From the NCBI GenBank assembly GCA_030390025.1, contig JASTWF010000339.1, positions 186,001 to 250,000 of the forward strand: DNA of 64,000 nucleotides. Direction: 5' to 3'. Shown here one piece after another: positions 1 through 13,512 of this stretch. The translations under genes and the position numbers were made by a program. The notes under the pieces were generated by a model that was not told the DNA's origin, did no database searches, and saw only the letters and a program-made list of their open reading frames with translations. The stretch's first letter is position 1; each line of letters opens with the position of its first letter. Source of the stretch: Squalus acanthias. Lineage: Eukaryota.

Positions 1-3000
1 AGCTTTACTCTGTATCTAACCCGTGCTGTACCTGCCCTGGGAGTGTTTGATGGGACAGTGTAGAGGGAGCTTTACTCTGTATCTAACCCGTGCTGTACCT
101 GCCCTGGGAGTGTTTGATGGGACAGTGTAGAGGGAGCTTTACTCTGTATCTAACCCGTGCTGTACCTGCCCTGGGAGTGTTTGATGGAACAGTGTAAAGG
201 GAGCTTTACTCTGTATCTAACCCGTGCTGTACCCGCCCTGGGAGTGTTTGATGGGACAGTGTAGAGGGAGCTTTACTCCGTATCTAAAACATGTTGTACG
301 TGCCCTGGAGTGTTTGATGGGATAGTGTAAAGGGAGCTTTACTCTGTATGTAACACGCGCTGTACCTTCCCTGGGAGTGTTTGATGGGACAGTGCAGAGG
401 GAGCTTTACTCTGTATCTAACCCGTGCTGTACCTGCCCTGGGAGTGTTTGATGGGACAGCACAGAGGGAGCTTTACTCTGTATCTAACCCGTGCTGTGCC
501 TGCCCTCGGAGTGTTTGATGGGACAGTATTCAGCGAGCTTTACTCTGAATGTAACCCGTGCTGTACCTGCCCTTGGAGTGTTTGATGGGATAATGTAGAG
601 GGAGTTTTATTCTGTATCTAACACGTGCTGTACCTGCCCTGGGAGTGTTTGATGGGACAGTGTAAAGGGAGCTTTACTCTGTATCTAACCCGTGCTGTAC
701 CTGCCCTGGGAGTGATTGATGGGACAGTGTAGAGGGATCTTTAATCTTTATCTAACCCGTGCTGTACCTGCCCTGTGAGTGTTTGATGGGACAGTGTAGA
801 GGGAGCTTTCCTCTGTCTGTAACCTGTGCTGTACCTGCCCTAGGAGTGTTTGATGGGACAGTGCAGAGGGAGCTTTAATCCGTATCTAAACCGTGCTGTA
901 CCTGCTCTGTGAGTGTTTGATGGGACAGTATAGACCGAGTTTTACTATGTATCAAACCCGTGCTGTACCTGCCCTGGGAGTGTTTGGTGGGACAGTGTAG
1001 AGGGAGCTTTACTCTGTATCTAACCCCTGCTGTAGCTGCCCTAGGAGTGTTTGATGGGACAGATTAGAGCGAGCTTTACTCGAAATGTAACCCATGCTGT
1101 ACCTGCCCCAGGAGCGTTTGATGGGACAATGTAGAGGGAGCTTTACTCTGTATCTAACCCGTACTGTACCTGCACTGGCAGTGTTTGATGGGACAGTGTA
1201 GAGGGAGCTTTACTCTGTATCTAACCCGTGCTGTACATGCCCTGGGAGTGTTTGATGGGACAGTGTAGAGGAGCTTTACTCTGTATCTAACCCGTGCTGT
1301 ACCTGCCCTGGGAGTGTTTGATGGGACAGTGTAGAGGGAGCTTTACTCTGTATCTAACCCGTGCTGTACCTGCCCTGGGAGTGTTTGATGGGACAGTGTA
1401 GAGGGAGCTTTACTCTGTATCTAACCCGTGCTGTACCTGCCCTGGGAGTGTTTGATGGGACAGTGTAGAGGGAGCTTTACTCTGTATCTAACCGTGCTGT
1501 ACCTGCCCTGGGAGTGTTTGATGGGACAGTGTAGAGGGAGCTTTACTCTGTATCTAACCCGTGCTGTACCTGCCCTGGGAGTGTTTGATGGGACAGTGTA
1601 GAGGAGCTTTACTCTGTATCTAACCCGTGCTGTACCTGCCCTGGGAGTGTTTGATGGGACAGTGTAGAGGGAGCTTTACTCTGTATCTAACCCGTGCTGC
1701 ACCTGCCCTGGGAGTGTTTGATGGGACAGTGTAGAGGGAGCTTTACTCTGTATCTAACCCGTGCTGTACCTGCCCTGGGAGTGTTTGATGGGACAGTGTA
1801 GAGGGAGCTTTACTCTGTATCTAACCCGTGCTGTACCTGCCCTGGGAGTGTTTGATGGGACAGTGTAGAGGGAGCTTTACTCTGTATCTAACCCGTGCTG
1901 TACCTGCCCTGGGAGTGTTTGATGGGACAGCACAGAGGGAGCTTTACTCTGTATCTAACCCGTGCTGTACCTGCCCTGGGAGTGTTTGATGGGACAGTGT
2001 AGAGGAGCTTTACTCTGTATCTAACCCGTGCTGTACCTGCCCTGGGAGTGTTTGATGGGACAGTGTAGAGGAGCTTTACTCTGTATCTAACCCGTGCTGT
2101 ACCTGCCCTGGGAGTGTTTGATGGGACAGTGTCGAGGGAGCTTTACTCTGTATCTAACCCGTGCTGTACCTGCCCTGGGAGTGTTTGATGGGACAGTACA
2201 GAGGGAGCTTTACTCTGTATCTACCCCGTGCTGTACCTGCCCTGGGAGTGTTTGATGGGACAGTTTAGAGCGAGTTTTACTCTGTATCTAACCCGTGCTG
2301 TACCTGCCCTGGGAGTGTTTGATGGGACAGTGTAAAGGGAGCTTTACTCTGTATCTAACCCGTGCTGTACCTGCCCTAGGAGTGTTTGATGGGACAGTGT
2401 AGAGGGATCTTTAATCTTTATCTAACCCGTGCTGTACCCGCCCTGTGAGTGTTTGATGGGACAGTGTCGAGGGAGCTTTACTCGAAATCTAACCCATGCT
2501 GTACCTGCCCTGGGAGTGTTTGATGGGATAGTGTAGAGGGAGCTTTACTCTGTATCTAACCCGTGCTGTACCTGCCCTTGGAGTTTTTGATGGGACAGTA
2601 GAGAGGGAGCTTTACTCTGGATCTAACCCGTGCTGTACCTGCCCTGCGAGTGTTTTACAGGACAGTGTAGAGGGAGCTTTACTCTGTATCTAACCATGCT
2701 GTACCTGCTCGGGGAGTGTTTGATGGGACAGTATAGAGGGAGCTATACTCTGTAACTAACCCCTTCTACAACTGCCCTCGGAGTGTTTGACAGTGTAGAG
2801 GGATCTTTAGTCTTTATCTAAACCGTGCTGTACCCGCCCTGTGATTGTTTGATAGGACAGTGTAGAGGGAGCTTTAATCCGTATCTAACCCGTGCTGTAC
2901 CTGCCCTGTGAGTGTTTGATGGGACAGTATAGAGCGAGTTTTACTATGTATCGAACCCGTGTTATACCTGCCCTGGGAGTGTTTGATGGGACAGTGTAGA

Positions 3001-6000
3001 GGGAGCTTTACTCGAAATCTAACCCATGCTGTACCTGCCCCAGGAGTGTTTGATGGGACAGTGTAGAGGGAGCTTTACTCTGTATCTAACCCCTGCTGTA
3101 CCTGCCCTAGGAGTGTTTGATAGGACAGATTAGAGCGAGCTTTACTCTGTATCTCACCCATGCTGTACCTGCCCTGGGAGTGTTTGATGGGACAGTGTAG
3201 AGGGAGCTTTACTCTGTATCTAACCTGTGCAGTAACTGCCCTTGGAGTGTTTGATGGGACAGTGTGGAGGGAGCTTTGTGCTGTACCTGCCCTGGGAGTG
3301 TTTGATGGGACAGTATACAGCGATCTTTACTCTGTAGCTAACCCGTGCTGCACCTACCCTGGGAGTGTTTGGTGGGACAATGTACAGGGAGCTTTACTCT
3401 GTCTCTAACCCGTGCTGTGCCTGCCCTGGGAGTGTTTGATGGGACAGATTAGAGCGAGCTTTACTCTGTATCTAACCCGTGCTGTACCTGCCCTTGGAGT
3501 TTTTGATGGGACAGTAGAGAGGGAGCTTTACTCTGGATCTAACCCGTGCTGTACCTGCCCTGCGAGTGTTTTACAGGACAGTGTAGAGGGAGCTTTACTC
3601 TGTATCTAACCATGCTGTACCTGCTCGGGGAGTGTTTGATGGGACAGTATAGAGGGAGCTATACTCTGTAACTAACCCCTTCTACAACTGCCCTCGGAGT
3701 GTTTGACAGTGTAGAGGGATCTTTAATCTTTATCTAAACCGTGCTGTACCCGCCCTGTGATTGTTTGATAGGACAGTGTAGAGGGAGCTTTAATCCGTAT
3801 CTAACCCGTGCTGTACCTGCCCTGTGAGTGTTTGATGGGACAGTATAGAGCGAGTTTTACTATGTATCGAACCCGTGCTATACCTGCCCTGGGAGTGTTT
3901 GATGGGACAGTGTAGAGGGAGCTTTACTCGAAATCTAACCCATGCTGTACCTGCCCCAGGAGTGTTTGATGGGACAGTGTAGAGGGAGCTTTACTCTGTA
4001 TCTAACCCCTGCTGTACCTGCCCTAGGAGTGTTTGATGGGACAGATTAGAGCGAGCTTTACTCTGTATCTCACCCATGCTGTACCTGCCCTGGGAGTGTT
4101 TGATGGGACAGTGTAGAGGGAGCTTTACTCTGTATCTAACCTGTGCAGTAACTGCCCTTGGAGTGTTTGATGGGACAGTGTGGAGGGAGCTTTGTGCTGT
4201 ACCTGCCCTGGGAGTGTTTGATGGGACAGTATACAGCGATCTTTACTCTGTAGCTAACCCGTGCTGCACCTACCCTGGGAGTGTTTGGTGGGACAATGTA
4301 CAGGGAGCTTTACTCTGTCTCTAACCCGTGCTGTGCCTGCCCTGGGAGTGTTTGATGGGACAGATTAGAGCGAGCTTTACTCTGTATCTCACCCATGCTG
4401 TACCTGCCCTTGGAGTGTTTGATGGGACAGTAGAGAGGGATCTTTACTCTGTATCTAACCCGTGCTGTACCTGCCCTAGGAGTGTTTGATGAGATAATGT
4501 AGAGGGAGTTTTATTCTGTATCTAACCTGTGCTGTGCCTGCACTGTGAATGTTTGATGGGACAGTGTAGAGGGAGCTTTACTCTATATCTAATCCGTGCT
4601 TTACCTGCCCTGGGAGTGTTTGATGGGATAGTGTAAAGGGAGCTTTACTCTGCATGTAACCTGTGCTGTACCTGCACTGGGAGTGTTTGATGGGACAGTG
4701 TAGTGGGAGCTTTACTCTGTATCTAATCCGTGCTGTACCTGCCCGGGGAGTGTTTGATGGGACAGTCTCGAGCGAGTTTTACTATGTATCTAACCCGTGC
4801 TGTACCTGCCCTGGGAGTGTTTGATGGGACAGTGTAAAGGGAGCTTTACTCTGTATCTGATCCGTGCTGTACCAGCCCTGGGAGTGTTCGATGGGATAGT
4901 GTAAAGGGAGCTTTACTCTGCATGTAACCTGTGCTGTACCTGCCCTGGGAGTGTTTGATGGGACAGTGCAGAGGGAGCTTTGTGCTGTACATGCCCTGGG
5001 AGTGTTTGATGGGACAGTATACAGCGATCTTTACTCTGTAGCTAACCCGTGCTGTACCTACCCTGGGAGTGTTTGGTGGGACACTGTACAGGGAGCTTTA
5101 CGCTGTCTCTAACCCGTGCTGTGCCTGCCCTGGCAGTGTTTGATGGGACAGTGTAAAGGGAGCTTTACTCTGTACCTAACCTGTGCTGTACCTGCCCTGG
5201 GAGTGTTTGATGGGATAGTGTAAAGGGAGTTTTACTCTGTATGTAAACCGCGCTGTACCTTCCCTGGGAGTGTTTGATGGGACAGCACAGAGGGAGCTTA
5301 ACTCTGTATCTAACCATGCTGTACCTGCTCGGGGAGTGTTTGATGGGACAGTGTAGAGGGAGCTATACTCTGGAACTAACCCCTGCTTTCACTGCCCTTG
5401 GAGTGTTTGATGGGACAGTATAGAGCGAGCTTTACTCTGTATGTAACCCGTGCTGTACCTACCCTGGGAGTGTTTGATGGGATAATGTAGAGGGAGCTTT
5501 ACTCTGTATCTAACCCGTGCTGTACCTGCCCTGTGAATGTTTGATGGGACAGTGTGGAGGGAGCTTTGTGCTGTACCTGCCCTGGGAGTGTTTGATGGGA
5601 CAGTATACAGCGATCTTTACTCTGTAGCTAACCCGTGCTGCACCTACCCTGGGAGTGTTTGGTGGGACAATGTACAGGGAGCTTTACTCTGTCTCTAACC
5701 CGTGCTGTGCCTGCCCTGGGAGTGTTTGATGGGACAGTGCAGAGGGAGCTTTACTCTGTATTTAACCCGTGCTGCACCTGCCCTGGGAGTGTTTGATGGG
5801 ACAGTGTAGAGGGAGCTTTACTCTGTTTCTAACCCGTGCTGTACCTGCCCGGGGAGTGTTTGATGGGACAGTTTAGAGCGAGTTTTACTCTGTATCTAAC
5901 CCGTGCTGTACCTGCCCTGGGAGTGTTTGATGGGACAGTGTAAAGGGAGCTTTACTCTGTATCTAACCCGTGCTGTACCTGCCCTAGGAGTGTTTGATGG

Positions 6001-8280
6001 GACAGTGTAGAGGGATCTTTAATCTTTATCTAACCCGTGCTGTACCCGCCCTGTGAGTGTTTGATGGGACAGTGTCGAGGGAGCTTTACTCGAAATCTAA
6101 CCCATGCTGTACCTGCCCTGGGAGTGTTTGATGGGATAGTGTAGAGGGAGCTTTACTCTGTATCTAACCCGTGCTGTACCTGCCCTTGGAGTTTTTGATG
6201 GGACAGTAGAGAGGGAGCTTTACTCTGGATCTAACCCGTGCTGTACCTGCCCTGCGAGTGTTTTACAGGACAGTGTAGAGGGAGCTTTACTCTGTATCTA
6301 ACCATGCTGTACCTGCTCGGGGAGTGTTTGATGGGACAGTATAGAGGGAGCTATACTCTGTAACTAACCCCTTCTACAACTGCCCTCGGAGTGTTTGACA
6401 GTGTAGAGGGATCTTTAATCTTTATCTAACCCGTGCTGTACCCGCCCTGTGATTGTTTGATAGGACAGTGTAGAGGGAGCTTTAATCCGTATCTAACCCG
6501 TGCTGTACCTGCCCTGTGAGTGTTTGATGGGACAGTATAGAGCGAGTTTTACTATGTATCGAACCTGTGTTATACCTGCCCTGGGAGTGTTTGATGGGAC
6601 AGTGTAGAGGGAGCTTTACTCGAAATCTAACCCATGCTGTACCTGCCCCAGGAGTGTTTGATGGGTTAGTGTAGAGGGAGCTTTACTCTGTATCTAACCC
6701 CTGCTGTACCTGCCCTAGGAGTGTTTGATGGGACAGATTAGAGCGAGCTTTACTCTGTATCTAACCTGTGCTGCACCTGCCCTGGGAGTGTTTGATGGGA
6801 CAGTGTAGAGGGAGCTTTACTCTGTATCTAACCCGTGCTGTACCTGCCCTGGGAGTGTTTGATGGGACAGTGTAGAGGGAGCTTTACTCTGTATTAACCC
6901 GTGCTGTACCTGCCCTGGGAGTGTTTGATGGGACAGTGTAGAGGGAGCTTTACTCTGTATCTAACCCGTGCTGTACCTGCCCTGGGAGTGTTTGATGGGA
7001 CAGTGTAGAGGGAGCTTTACTCTGTATCTAACCCGTGCTGTACCTGCCCTGGGAGTGTTTGATGGGACAGTGTAGAGGGAGCTTTACTCTGTATCTAACC
7101 CTGTGCTGTACCTGCCCTGGGAGTGTTTGATGGGACAGTGTAGAGGGAGCTTTACTCTGTATCTAACCCGTGCTGTACCTGCCCTGGGAGTGTTTGATGG
7201 GACAGTGTAGAGGGAGCTTTACTCTGTATCTAACCCGTGCTGTACCTGCCCTGGGAGTGTTTGATGGGACAGTGTAGAGGGAGCTTTACTCTGTATGTAA
7301 CCCGTGCTGTACCTGCCCTGGGAGTGTTTGATGGGACAATGTAGAGGGAGCTTTACTCTGTATCTAACCCGTGCTGTACCTGCCCTGGGAGTGTTTGATG
7401 GGACAGTGTAGAGGGAGCTTTACTCTGTATCTAACCCGTGCTGTACCTGCCCTGGGAGTGTTTGATGGGATAGTGTAGAGGGAGCTTAACTCTGTATCTA
7501 ACCCGCGCTGTACATTCCCTGGGAGTGATTGATGGGACAGTGTAGATGGAGCTTTGCTCTGTATTTAACCCGTGCTGTACCTGCCCTGGGAGTGTTTGAT
7601 GGGACAGTGTAGAGGGAGCTTTACTCTGTATCTAACCCGTGCTGTACCTACCCTGGGAGTGTTTGGTGGGACAATGCAGAGGGAGCTTTTCTCTGTATCG
7701 AACCTTGCTGTACTTGCCCTAGGAATGTTAGATGGGATAATGTAGAGGGAGTTTTACTCTGTATCTAACCTGTGCTGTGCCTGCCCTGGGAGTGTTTGTT
7801 GGGACAGTATAGAGGGAGCTTTACTCTGTCTCTAACCCATGCTGTACCTGCCCTGTGAGTGTTTGATGGGACAGTGTGGAGGGAGCTTTACTTTGTATGT
7901 AACCCGTGCTGTACCTGCCCTGGGAGTGTGTGATGGGACAGTGTAGAGGGAGCTTTACTCTATATGTAACCCGTGCTGTACCAGCCCTGGGAGTGTTTGA
8001 TGGGACAATGTAGAGGGTGCTTTACTGTGTATCTAACCCGTGCTGTACCTGCCCTGGGAGAGTTTGATGGGACAGTGTAGAGGGAGCTTTGCTCTGTATC
8101 TAACCTGTGCTGTACCTGCCCTGGGAGTGTTTGATGGGACAGTATAGGGGGAACTGTACTCTGCATCTAACCCGTGCTGTACCTGCCCTGGGAGTGTTTG
8201 ATGGGACAGTGTAGGGGGAGCTTTTCTCTGTATCTAACCCGTGCTGTACCTGCCCTGGGAGTGTTTGATGGGACAGTGTA
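1..8280. repeat. 67-bp tandem satellite, open at the window start
   Basis: Unit AGCTTTACTCTGTATCTAACCCGTGCTGTACCTGCCCTGGGAGTGTTTGATGGGACAGTGTAGAGGG starts at 1 and 68 and recurs to about 8280. Homogeneous blocks lie at about 1250-2100 and 6780-7450, with diverged blocks between. Confidence 0.98.
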
Positions 8281-8449
8281 AGTTACTGTGGACACGCGGG
8301 ACTTGCAAGTTTACTCTGATTGATGGATCAATGTAAGGTACGGTAGAGGACAGAGAATCTGCTCATCTTATATTTCTAATAAGGTATTAAAGTTGTTGAC
8401 ACGAGACTCGAACCTGCTAATGAATAAGACAAGGCATCAGCGAGAATTT

Positions 8450-8970
8450 TACACCTCTTTACTGTTCTGCTCCTCTACTCCTTTTAAACTTTTACCATTT
8501 AATGTCGATTTCCTACTTTTTTCTTCCTCCCAAAATGCATCACCTCATAATTCTCTGCATTAAATTTCAGCTGACATCTACCTGCCCCATTTACTAACCT
8601 GTGTATTCACACTGAAGTCACTTACAGTCCTCTTCACAGTTGGCCATGGTCCCTATTTTGGTCTCATCTGGAGATTTTGATCTTGTGCCCCACATACCCA
8701 AGCCCAGATCATTTCTCTATATTGAGAAGAGCAGTGGTCCCAACACTGACCCTGGGGGACACCACTGTGTACATCCCTCCAGTCTGAAGAACATCCATTA
8801 ACCACTACTCTCTGTTTTCTGCCCTTTACCCAACTTCCTATCCACGCTGCCCCACTCCCTTTAATACCGTCAGCCTTCATTTGATCAACAAGCCTCCTGT
8901 CCGGCACCTTATCAAACACCTTTTGACAATCCATCTCCACAACATCCACTGCATTTCCTTTCTCACTACA
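8450..8970 (-). mobile_element. Degenerate CR1-type LINE reverse transcriptase fragment
   Basis: ORF 8653-8949 reads MDCQKVFDKVP...WIGSWVKGRKQRVVVNG...SGVPQG, matching the CR1 RT segments at 16157-16565 and 61248-61694. Confidence 0.85.
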
Positions 8971-9710
8971 CTGTGTTATTTCCTGAAATAATCCCTGCTG
9001 TCTGTCCTGAGTGAATCCATTTCACTGCCAAATGTTGCAATGTTTGCTCCACCCCACAGGGTTCCATCTGTGGTGTGGAGCAAACAACAGAAAGTCCACA
9101 AAGCGGCCCCGCGGCAAACTCCGGGACAGGGAGGAAGTGAGTCAGGGAGCGTCTGTAAATGGAGACTGGTCAGGGAGCGTCTGTAAATGAAGGAGAAATG
9201 GTGAGTGGTCCGATCAAGGATTGAACGTGGGACCTTCCTAGTCAGTATTGCAGAGTGTTCTAAAGCGGGGGTGGCGGGGCAGAGGGGGGGGAGGGTTAGA
9301 ACAAATATTTTGAAAGAAATGTCACTCCAACATTGCAAAACTCTGAAGACCTTCAAAATTAAACAAGCAAGTCAAATGGATCGTCAAAAATAGTGAGACA
9401 TTTTAGAAAGGCTCAAGTCACTGAAACAGACAGGTTTACAATCACTGCACAGTACAGAAGGGAGCGACTGTTAATGGGAGCTCTGTTAGTGAAGTCCGCC
9501 GACACTCCAAGATAAACGGGTCTGTCCCTTTAAATATAAATATGCAGAGAAAGGGGAGTCCCTGTCCCTTTAAATATCATGCCCATTCCCCCAGGCAGTG
9601 GGAGGAGGAACAGCACGCGGTCCCTTTATATCCTGACACTGTTGGCCACGCGCGGAGACCCGCTCGGTGTGGGGGGCGGGGGGGGGAGGCCTCAGGAAAC
9701 TGCTTTATGT

Positions 9711-9915
9711 GCAGACTACTTACACTGAGACACCAAATCCAGGGACTACGTACACTGTAACACCAAATCCAGGGACTACTTACACATGGGACACCAAATC
9801 CAGGGACTACGTACACTGTGACACCAAATCCAGGGACTACTTACACATGGGACACCAAATCCAGGGACCATTTACACTGAGACACCAAATCAAGGGACAA
9901 CCTACACTGAGTGTA
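9711..9915. repeat. 30-bp minisatellite (about 6-7 copies)
   Basis: TACACTGAGACACCAAATCCAGGGACTACG-like units start at 9721, 9751 and 9781. The paralogous array is at 54260-54605. Confidence 0.92.
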
Positions 9916-11084
9916 TAAATGGGAATCAGAGAGCCTCAGTATGGGGAATGGTCATGGTGGTGAAACTATCTCCCGTGAGGGCGGGTAATGGATGAAGATA
10001 TGACGGTGGAATCAGATGGTGACTGGTGGGGCCTGGTGACAGGTTATTGTCAGAAGCCCTTTTCAGGCAGGCCGATGATTGGATGTAATCAGCACAACAC
10101 CTGGATCTGCCTTTTCCTGTCCAAAGTCTCATGACCCTGATGTCTTTTTCTGTGGCAAATGTAGAGATGTGAAAGAAGAGAGGAAATCAGGCTTGGGCTA
10201 GAAAGAAGGTTCCTTGAATGAACAATTCATGAGGCTGTTTTCTGACTCATCTGCCTGAGCTTAAAACACCGTGAAATGAAAGAGTACATGTCGAGTGACA
10301 CTGGCGCTGTCAATAGTGGTTTCTATCCCTAATCACTGTCTCATAATCCTAACCTGAACCCAAGCCCCTAATGCCAACCCCTAAACCCTAACCAAGGATT
10401 ATTGACAGGCATCAATGGAGGAGCTAAAGGCGTGATTAAGCAAGTATTAGAAACAATTATCTCGATTAAAGAAATAGTGCAAGGTATGTTGATAACAAGA
10501 GATTAAATCAAAGAGCGCATCAAAATCAGCAATGACAATTACAAAGATCAGAACATTTCAAAGGCGATCACATGCAATATACGTGGAGGTGTTTTTACCA
10601 AATCGTATCCAAAAAGGGTTAACTGATACAGCAAATAGCAGATTTCAAATCTTATGCAAGATAGTTCTATAAAAGGGTGGTTCAAAGGAACTTCAGAGGA
10701 GTGTAAAGTGAGACACTCCAGTTCAGTCTATTACACCCACAAGCCATGTAATCAAACAGAACCAGCCTGGGGTTTGATGCGGTAGAAGGAAAACTAGGTG
10801 AGAAGTGATATAAGTTAGGGTAAGAAAAGGCTCAAAAAATGGAACATTCGGTAACAGAACATCAATTAGTCTCCTCTTATCATGGAGAAATCAAATATTC
10901 GACCCACTGGGTTTTATACAAAGCTGATTTATTCAATGTTTGTACAGAATATTAATCTCCAGCTCAGGTATAGGGTTATTAAGATCAGCAGAAACACACT
11001 CCAACAGCTAGAATGAACATGGTTCAGTGCTCAATGCAATATCATTAAATCCTATTCTATTCACTCATGTGGCCTTTCAATGGC

Positions 11085-11470
11085 GGGGCCTTTACCTAGC
11101 ATTCCCCGCGGGGGAGAATGTGCCGCACGCGGACTACAGGAGCCCAGTGCGCATGCGCTAAACCCGTCTGGGTTTGGGCATGCGCGGTGAGTATCATCTC
11201 AGAGGACGTTGCCTGTGGATCAGCTCCTGATCAATCCGCGAGAAGCGAGCGGACGGAGCGGACTAATGGACCGGCGGATGGGCGGGGAGGCTTCATAGAC
11301 AACTAGTGTAGGCCGTAAACCCAGAATAATAACCTGAAGGTCCCGCGTTTGCAGCTTCGGGGCTTCTCCCGGTCAAAGGCCCGGGATAACGGCCGCCATC
11401 TTGATTCAGTGAGTAGCAAAGCGCATGCGCGGTCATTTTGCTGCCGGAACAAAGAGTGGGCGGGACTTCG
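11085..11470 (+). promoter_or_regulatory. CpG-rich putative promoter and first exon of ZNF copy A
   Basis: Local CpG enrichment. GCGCATGCGC (NRF1-type) at about 11149 and 11422, GCCGCCATCTTG (YY1-type) at about 11392, ACTACAggaGCCCAG (ZNF143-like) at about 11133. A candidate donor GTGAGT at 11409 is conserved in the paralog. Factor assignments are motif-only. Confidence 0.7.
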
Positions 11471-11650
11471 GTGTCTGTTCCCAACCGGGTCCTAGTGCCC
11501 GGGGGTGTAAATCATTGACTCAGTTATTTGATTCAGACTCTACACACTTCGGATTTCTCACCATCTCTCCTGAAGGCGCTGGTAAAAGTAGAGCACACGG
11601 TTAACATCCCACACAATTGTAACAGAAGAGCCCCAGAGCTGGGCCACCCT

Positions 11651-12350
11651 TGTACAGTCCCACGGTTAGAATCCCCATGTACAGTCCCACGGTTAGAATC
11701 CCCATGTACAGTCCCAGGCTTGGAATCCCCATGTACAGTCCCAGGGGTAGAATCCCCATGTACAGTCCCAGGGTTGGAATCCCCATGTACAGTCCCAGGG
11801 TTGGAATCCCCATGTACAGTCCCAGGGTTGGAATCCCCATGTACAGTCCCAGGACAGGAATCCCCATGTACAGTGCCAGGGTTGGAATCCCCATGTACAG
11901 TCCCAGGGTTAGAATCCCCATGTACAGTGCCAGGGTTGGAATCCCCATGTACAGTCCCAGGGTTAGAATCCCCATGTACAGTCCCAGGGCTGGAATCCCC
12001 ATGTACAGTCCCAGGGTTGGAATCTCCATGTACAGTCCCAGGGCTGGAATCCCCATGTACAGTCCCAGGGCTGGAATCCCCATGTACAGTCCCACGGTTA
12101 GAATCCCCATGTACAGTCCCAGGGTTGGAATCCCCATGTACAGTCCCAGGGTTGGAATCTCCATGTACAGTCCCAGGGTTAGAATCCCCATGTACAGTAA
12201 CAGGGTTAGAATCCCCATGTACAGTCCCAGGGTTAGAATCCCCATGTACAGTCCCAGGGTTGGAATCCCCATGTACAGTCCCAGGGTTAGAATCCCCATG
12301 TACAGTCCCAGGGTTAGAATCCCCATGTACAGTCCCAGGGTTGGAATCCC
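11651..12350. repeat. 27-bp intronic minisatellite (about 26 copies)
   Basis: TGTACAGTCCCAGGGTTGGAATCCCCA in tandem. It explains the four overlapping 9-aa-repeat ORFs. Confidence 0.97.
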
Positions 12351-12799
12351 TCAGCAACACCGAGTGAGGGTCTCAGGCCCCGAGTCAGAGCCGGCGGACG
12401 TGCGGCCAGGGCCCCGGCACCATTAACCCCAGGGTACAGCACCTCCCCCAGACAAGAAACACAACAACTTGCATTGACACAGCAGAGGGAGCAATTCAGA
12501 GCCGGTTAGCATCAGGGTGGGCGGTGGATGTGGAACTCGGTCCCTGGCCTCCTGTGTAGGGCTTTCTTGTTGCATCAGTTTTAGCTGGAGTGGAGAGGGG
12601 GGAGAAGCTGCTGGGTTTAACCCCCAGTACTTCTGAGCCCAGTGGGACCCAACAATTTCCAATGTGAGACTGTGAAGGGAGGTGGATTCTAGGGGAGATT
12701 AAGTTGCTAAACAGACCCTGTCCGTACAGTGTAAAAGATTATCGTTTTAGGAACAAGTATTTCTGTAGAGGCTTTCAATCCATTTTATATATACAGATT

Positions 12800-13130
12800 T
12801 TTTAATTCATTCGATGAGGGTGTCACTAGCAAGGCCAGCATATATTGCCAGTCCCCAGTTGCCCGTTGAGAAGGTGATGCTGGGCCTTCTTCTTGAACCT
12901 CTGCAGTCCGTGTGGTGAAGGTACTCTCAGAATGCTGTTAGGTGAGGAGTTCCAGGATTTTCACCCAGCGACGATGTAGGAACGGCGATATATGTCCAAG
13001 TCAGGATAGTGTGTGACTTGGAGGGGAACTGGGAGGTGATGGTGTTCCCATGCACCTGCTGCCCTTGTCCTTCTAGGTGGTGGAGGTCGCGTGTTTGGGA
13101 GGTGCTGTCAAAGTTCTAGTCGAGTTGCAG
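12800..13130 (-). mobile_element. 3' fragment of a CR1/L2-group LINE in the intron of ZNF A
   Basis: Matches the 3' part of the LINE at 55518-56295 (GTTGAGAAGGTG...CTTCTTGAAC...GAGTTCCAGGATTT...GTGTGACTTGGAGGGGAAC). The paralog is at 51305-51650. Confidence 0.85.
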
Positions 13131-13512
13131 ATGTATAAAGTCACTCCTTCACTCCTCCGCCTCCAACCTCGCTCTCTCTCCACCCATAGAGGCCAGAGTC
13201 TTGTGTCGGCCCAGACCGGGTGGCAGGTTCCCTTCCCTGAAGGACATTCGTGAACCAGTTGGGTTTTTACGACAATCCGGCAGCTTTCATGGTCACTTTT
13301 TTCTAGTGCCGGCCCCACAAATTCCCAGATTCATTCAGCTCAATTTCACAACCTGCCTTTGTGTTTTTGTGGGTTCTCTCTCACCCTCCCTTTTTCCTGT
13401 TTTAAATTCATTTTACAGGGTGTTAGAAGGCGAGGATTTGCAGACGGGAAACTCAAACCAAACATCATTTCAAGATCTGACAGAGTCACTCGATTCATCA
13501 GGACCTTTGAAC

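Noticed and set aside
1..8280. CRISPR-like regular repeats and small ORFs
   Set aside because: Head-to-tail monomers with no unique spacers and no cas genes, in a eukaryotic context.
8395..8425. tRNA gene (GGTTCGAGTC on the minus strand)
   Set aside because: Only a B-box-like motif; no cloverleaf could be built.
11528..12426. Four overlapping repeat ORFs (PCTVPGLES and others)
   Set aside because: Translation of the intronic 27-bp minisatellite. The array is much shorter in the paralog.
13201..13512. N-terminal extension of the 477-aa ORF as a novel effector domain
   Set aside because: It starts at TTG and crosses a polypyrimidine tract and acceptor. The post-acceptor segment is frameshifted in B, B' and A'', so coding status is unsupported, although it is open in A and A'.
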